A stretch of DNA of 63,128 nucleotides, filler included, from Octopus bimaculoides (Eukaryota): assembly GCF_001194135.2 (NCBI RefSeq). It is 3 parts of 2 records of this genome, joined end to end, with 100 filler letters (N's around TTAATTAATTAA, not from the genome) between each part and the next. Parts side by side here need not be neighbours in the genome. Positions count along the whole stretch, not along the records: positions 53,836 to 63,128 come from NC_068983.1; 2 more parts are not named here. The stretch is one strand, 5' to 3'. This document shows, piece after piece, positions 62,468-63,128 of this stretch. A program made the translations under genes and the position numbers. Each line of letters opens with the position of its first letter. The first letter of the stretch is position 1. A model generated the notes under the pieces. That model saw only the letters and a list, made by a program, of their open reading frames with translations, searched no databases and was not told the DNA's origin.

Positions 62468-63128
62468 TGTATATGTATACATATACATGTATATGTACAC
62501 GTATATGTATAAATATATATATATAGATATAGATCTATATGCATACATGTATGGGTATACATATGTGTAGATGTATATATATAGGTGTACATCTAATATG
62601 TACACATATATAAATGCATACAGATATCGATACATATATACACCCATACACACACACATATATATGCACACAAACACACACATTAGTCATTTGTTTTCTT
62701 ATCCAAAACTACCTTAAAAGTATTGAATGGATCTTTAAGAAATTTGGAAATTATATTCTATGCATAATGGCCATAACACCCCATGAAAATTCATATATTT
62801 TTGATGTTGATGAAATTTAAACCATACATATTACACACAAATAAAGTAATATTTCTAAAATTTTTTCTTCCTAGAAGTTACAAAGACCCCTTCATGGGGA
62901 CTTCACACCCACAATTTAGTCATTTTTCCTAAGCAAAGACGAATACAGTTATACCATTGGTAGCTATAGGGTCACCCGAACATAACAGACGAGCATTATT
63001 TGTAATTCAACGGTGCAACAGTGTAAGACTATCCTTTCAGATATACTTACATTGTGATTTCTGCAATGTGGTGCATAAATTGTCAAGTAAATGAGACTCA
63101 TCTTTGCCTCCACTGATTCACGTGTTGA

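Overview
Repeat-dense, AT-rich, microsatellite-riddled animal genomic DNA from a gapped draft assembly. The repeat families (tRNA-derived SINEs, RTE LINE 3' ends with (GAT)n tails, mariners) match what I recall for Octopus/cephalopods; this is an inference, no database search was run. One host gene is well supported: the first coding exon (35624-36353, +) of a TBC1D30-like Rab-GAP, followed by an intron of more than 26 kb in which no exon 2 is visible. A second, orphan exon-like ORF (29973-30197) runs into a decayed 18-bp coding minisatellite. The rest is transposon-derived: seven mariner copies, RTE and CR1-like LINE fragments, about four SINE families and several Penelope-like elements (PLEs). 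The most interesting element is a PLE (10800-13145) with an inverted pseudo-LTR and a 12-bp target-site duplication. Its pseudo-LTR carries a tRNA-like Pol III A/B-box module about 80 nt upstream of a minimal hammerhead ribozyme, and other PLE-like relics in the window carry variant hammerhead motifs. Two artificial 100-bp linkers (44N-TTAATTAATTAA-44N) split the window into three originally separate blocks. No rRNA, real tRNA gene or CRISPR array was seen. SINE and old-repeat boundaries are approximate (about +/-10-20 bp).
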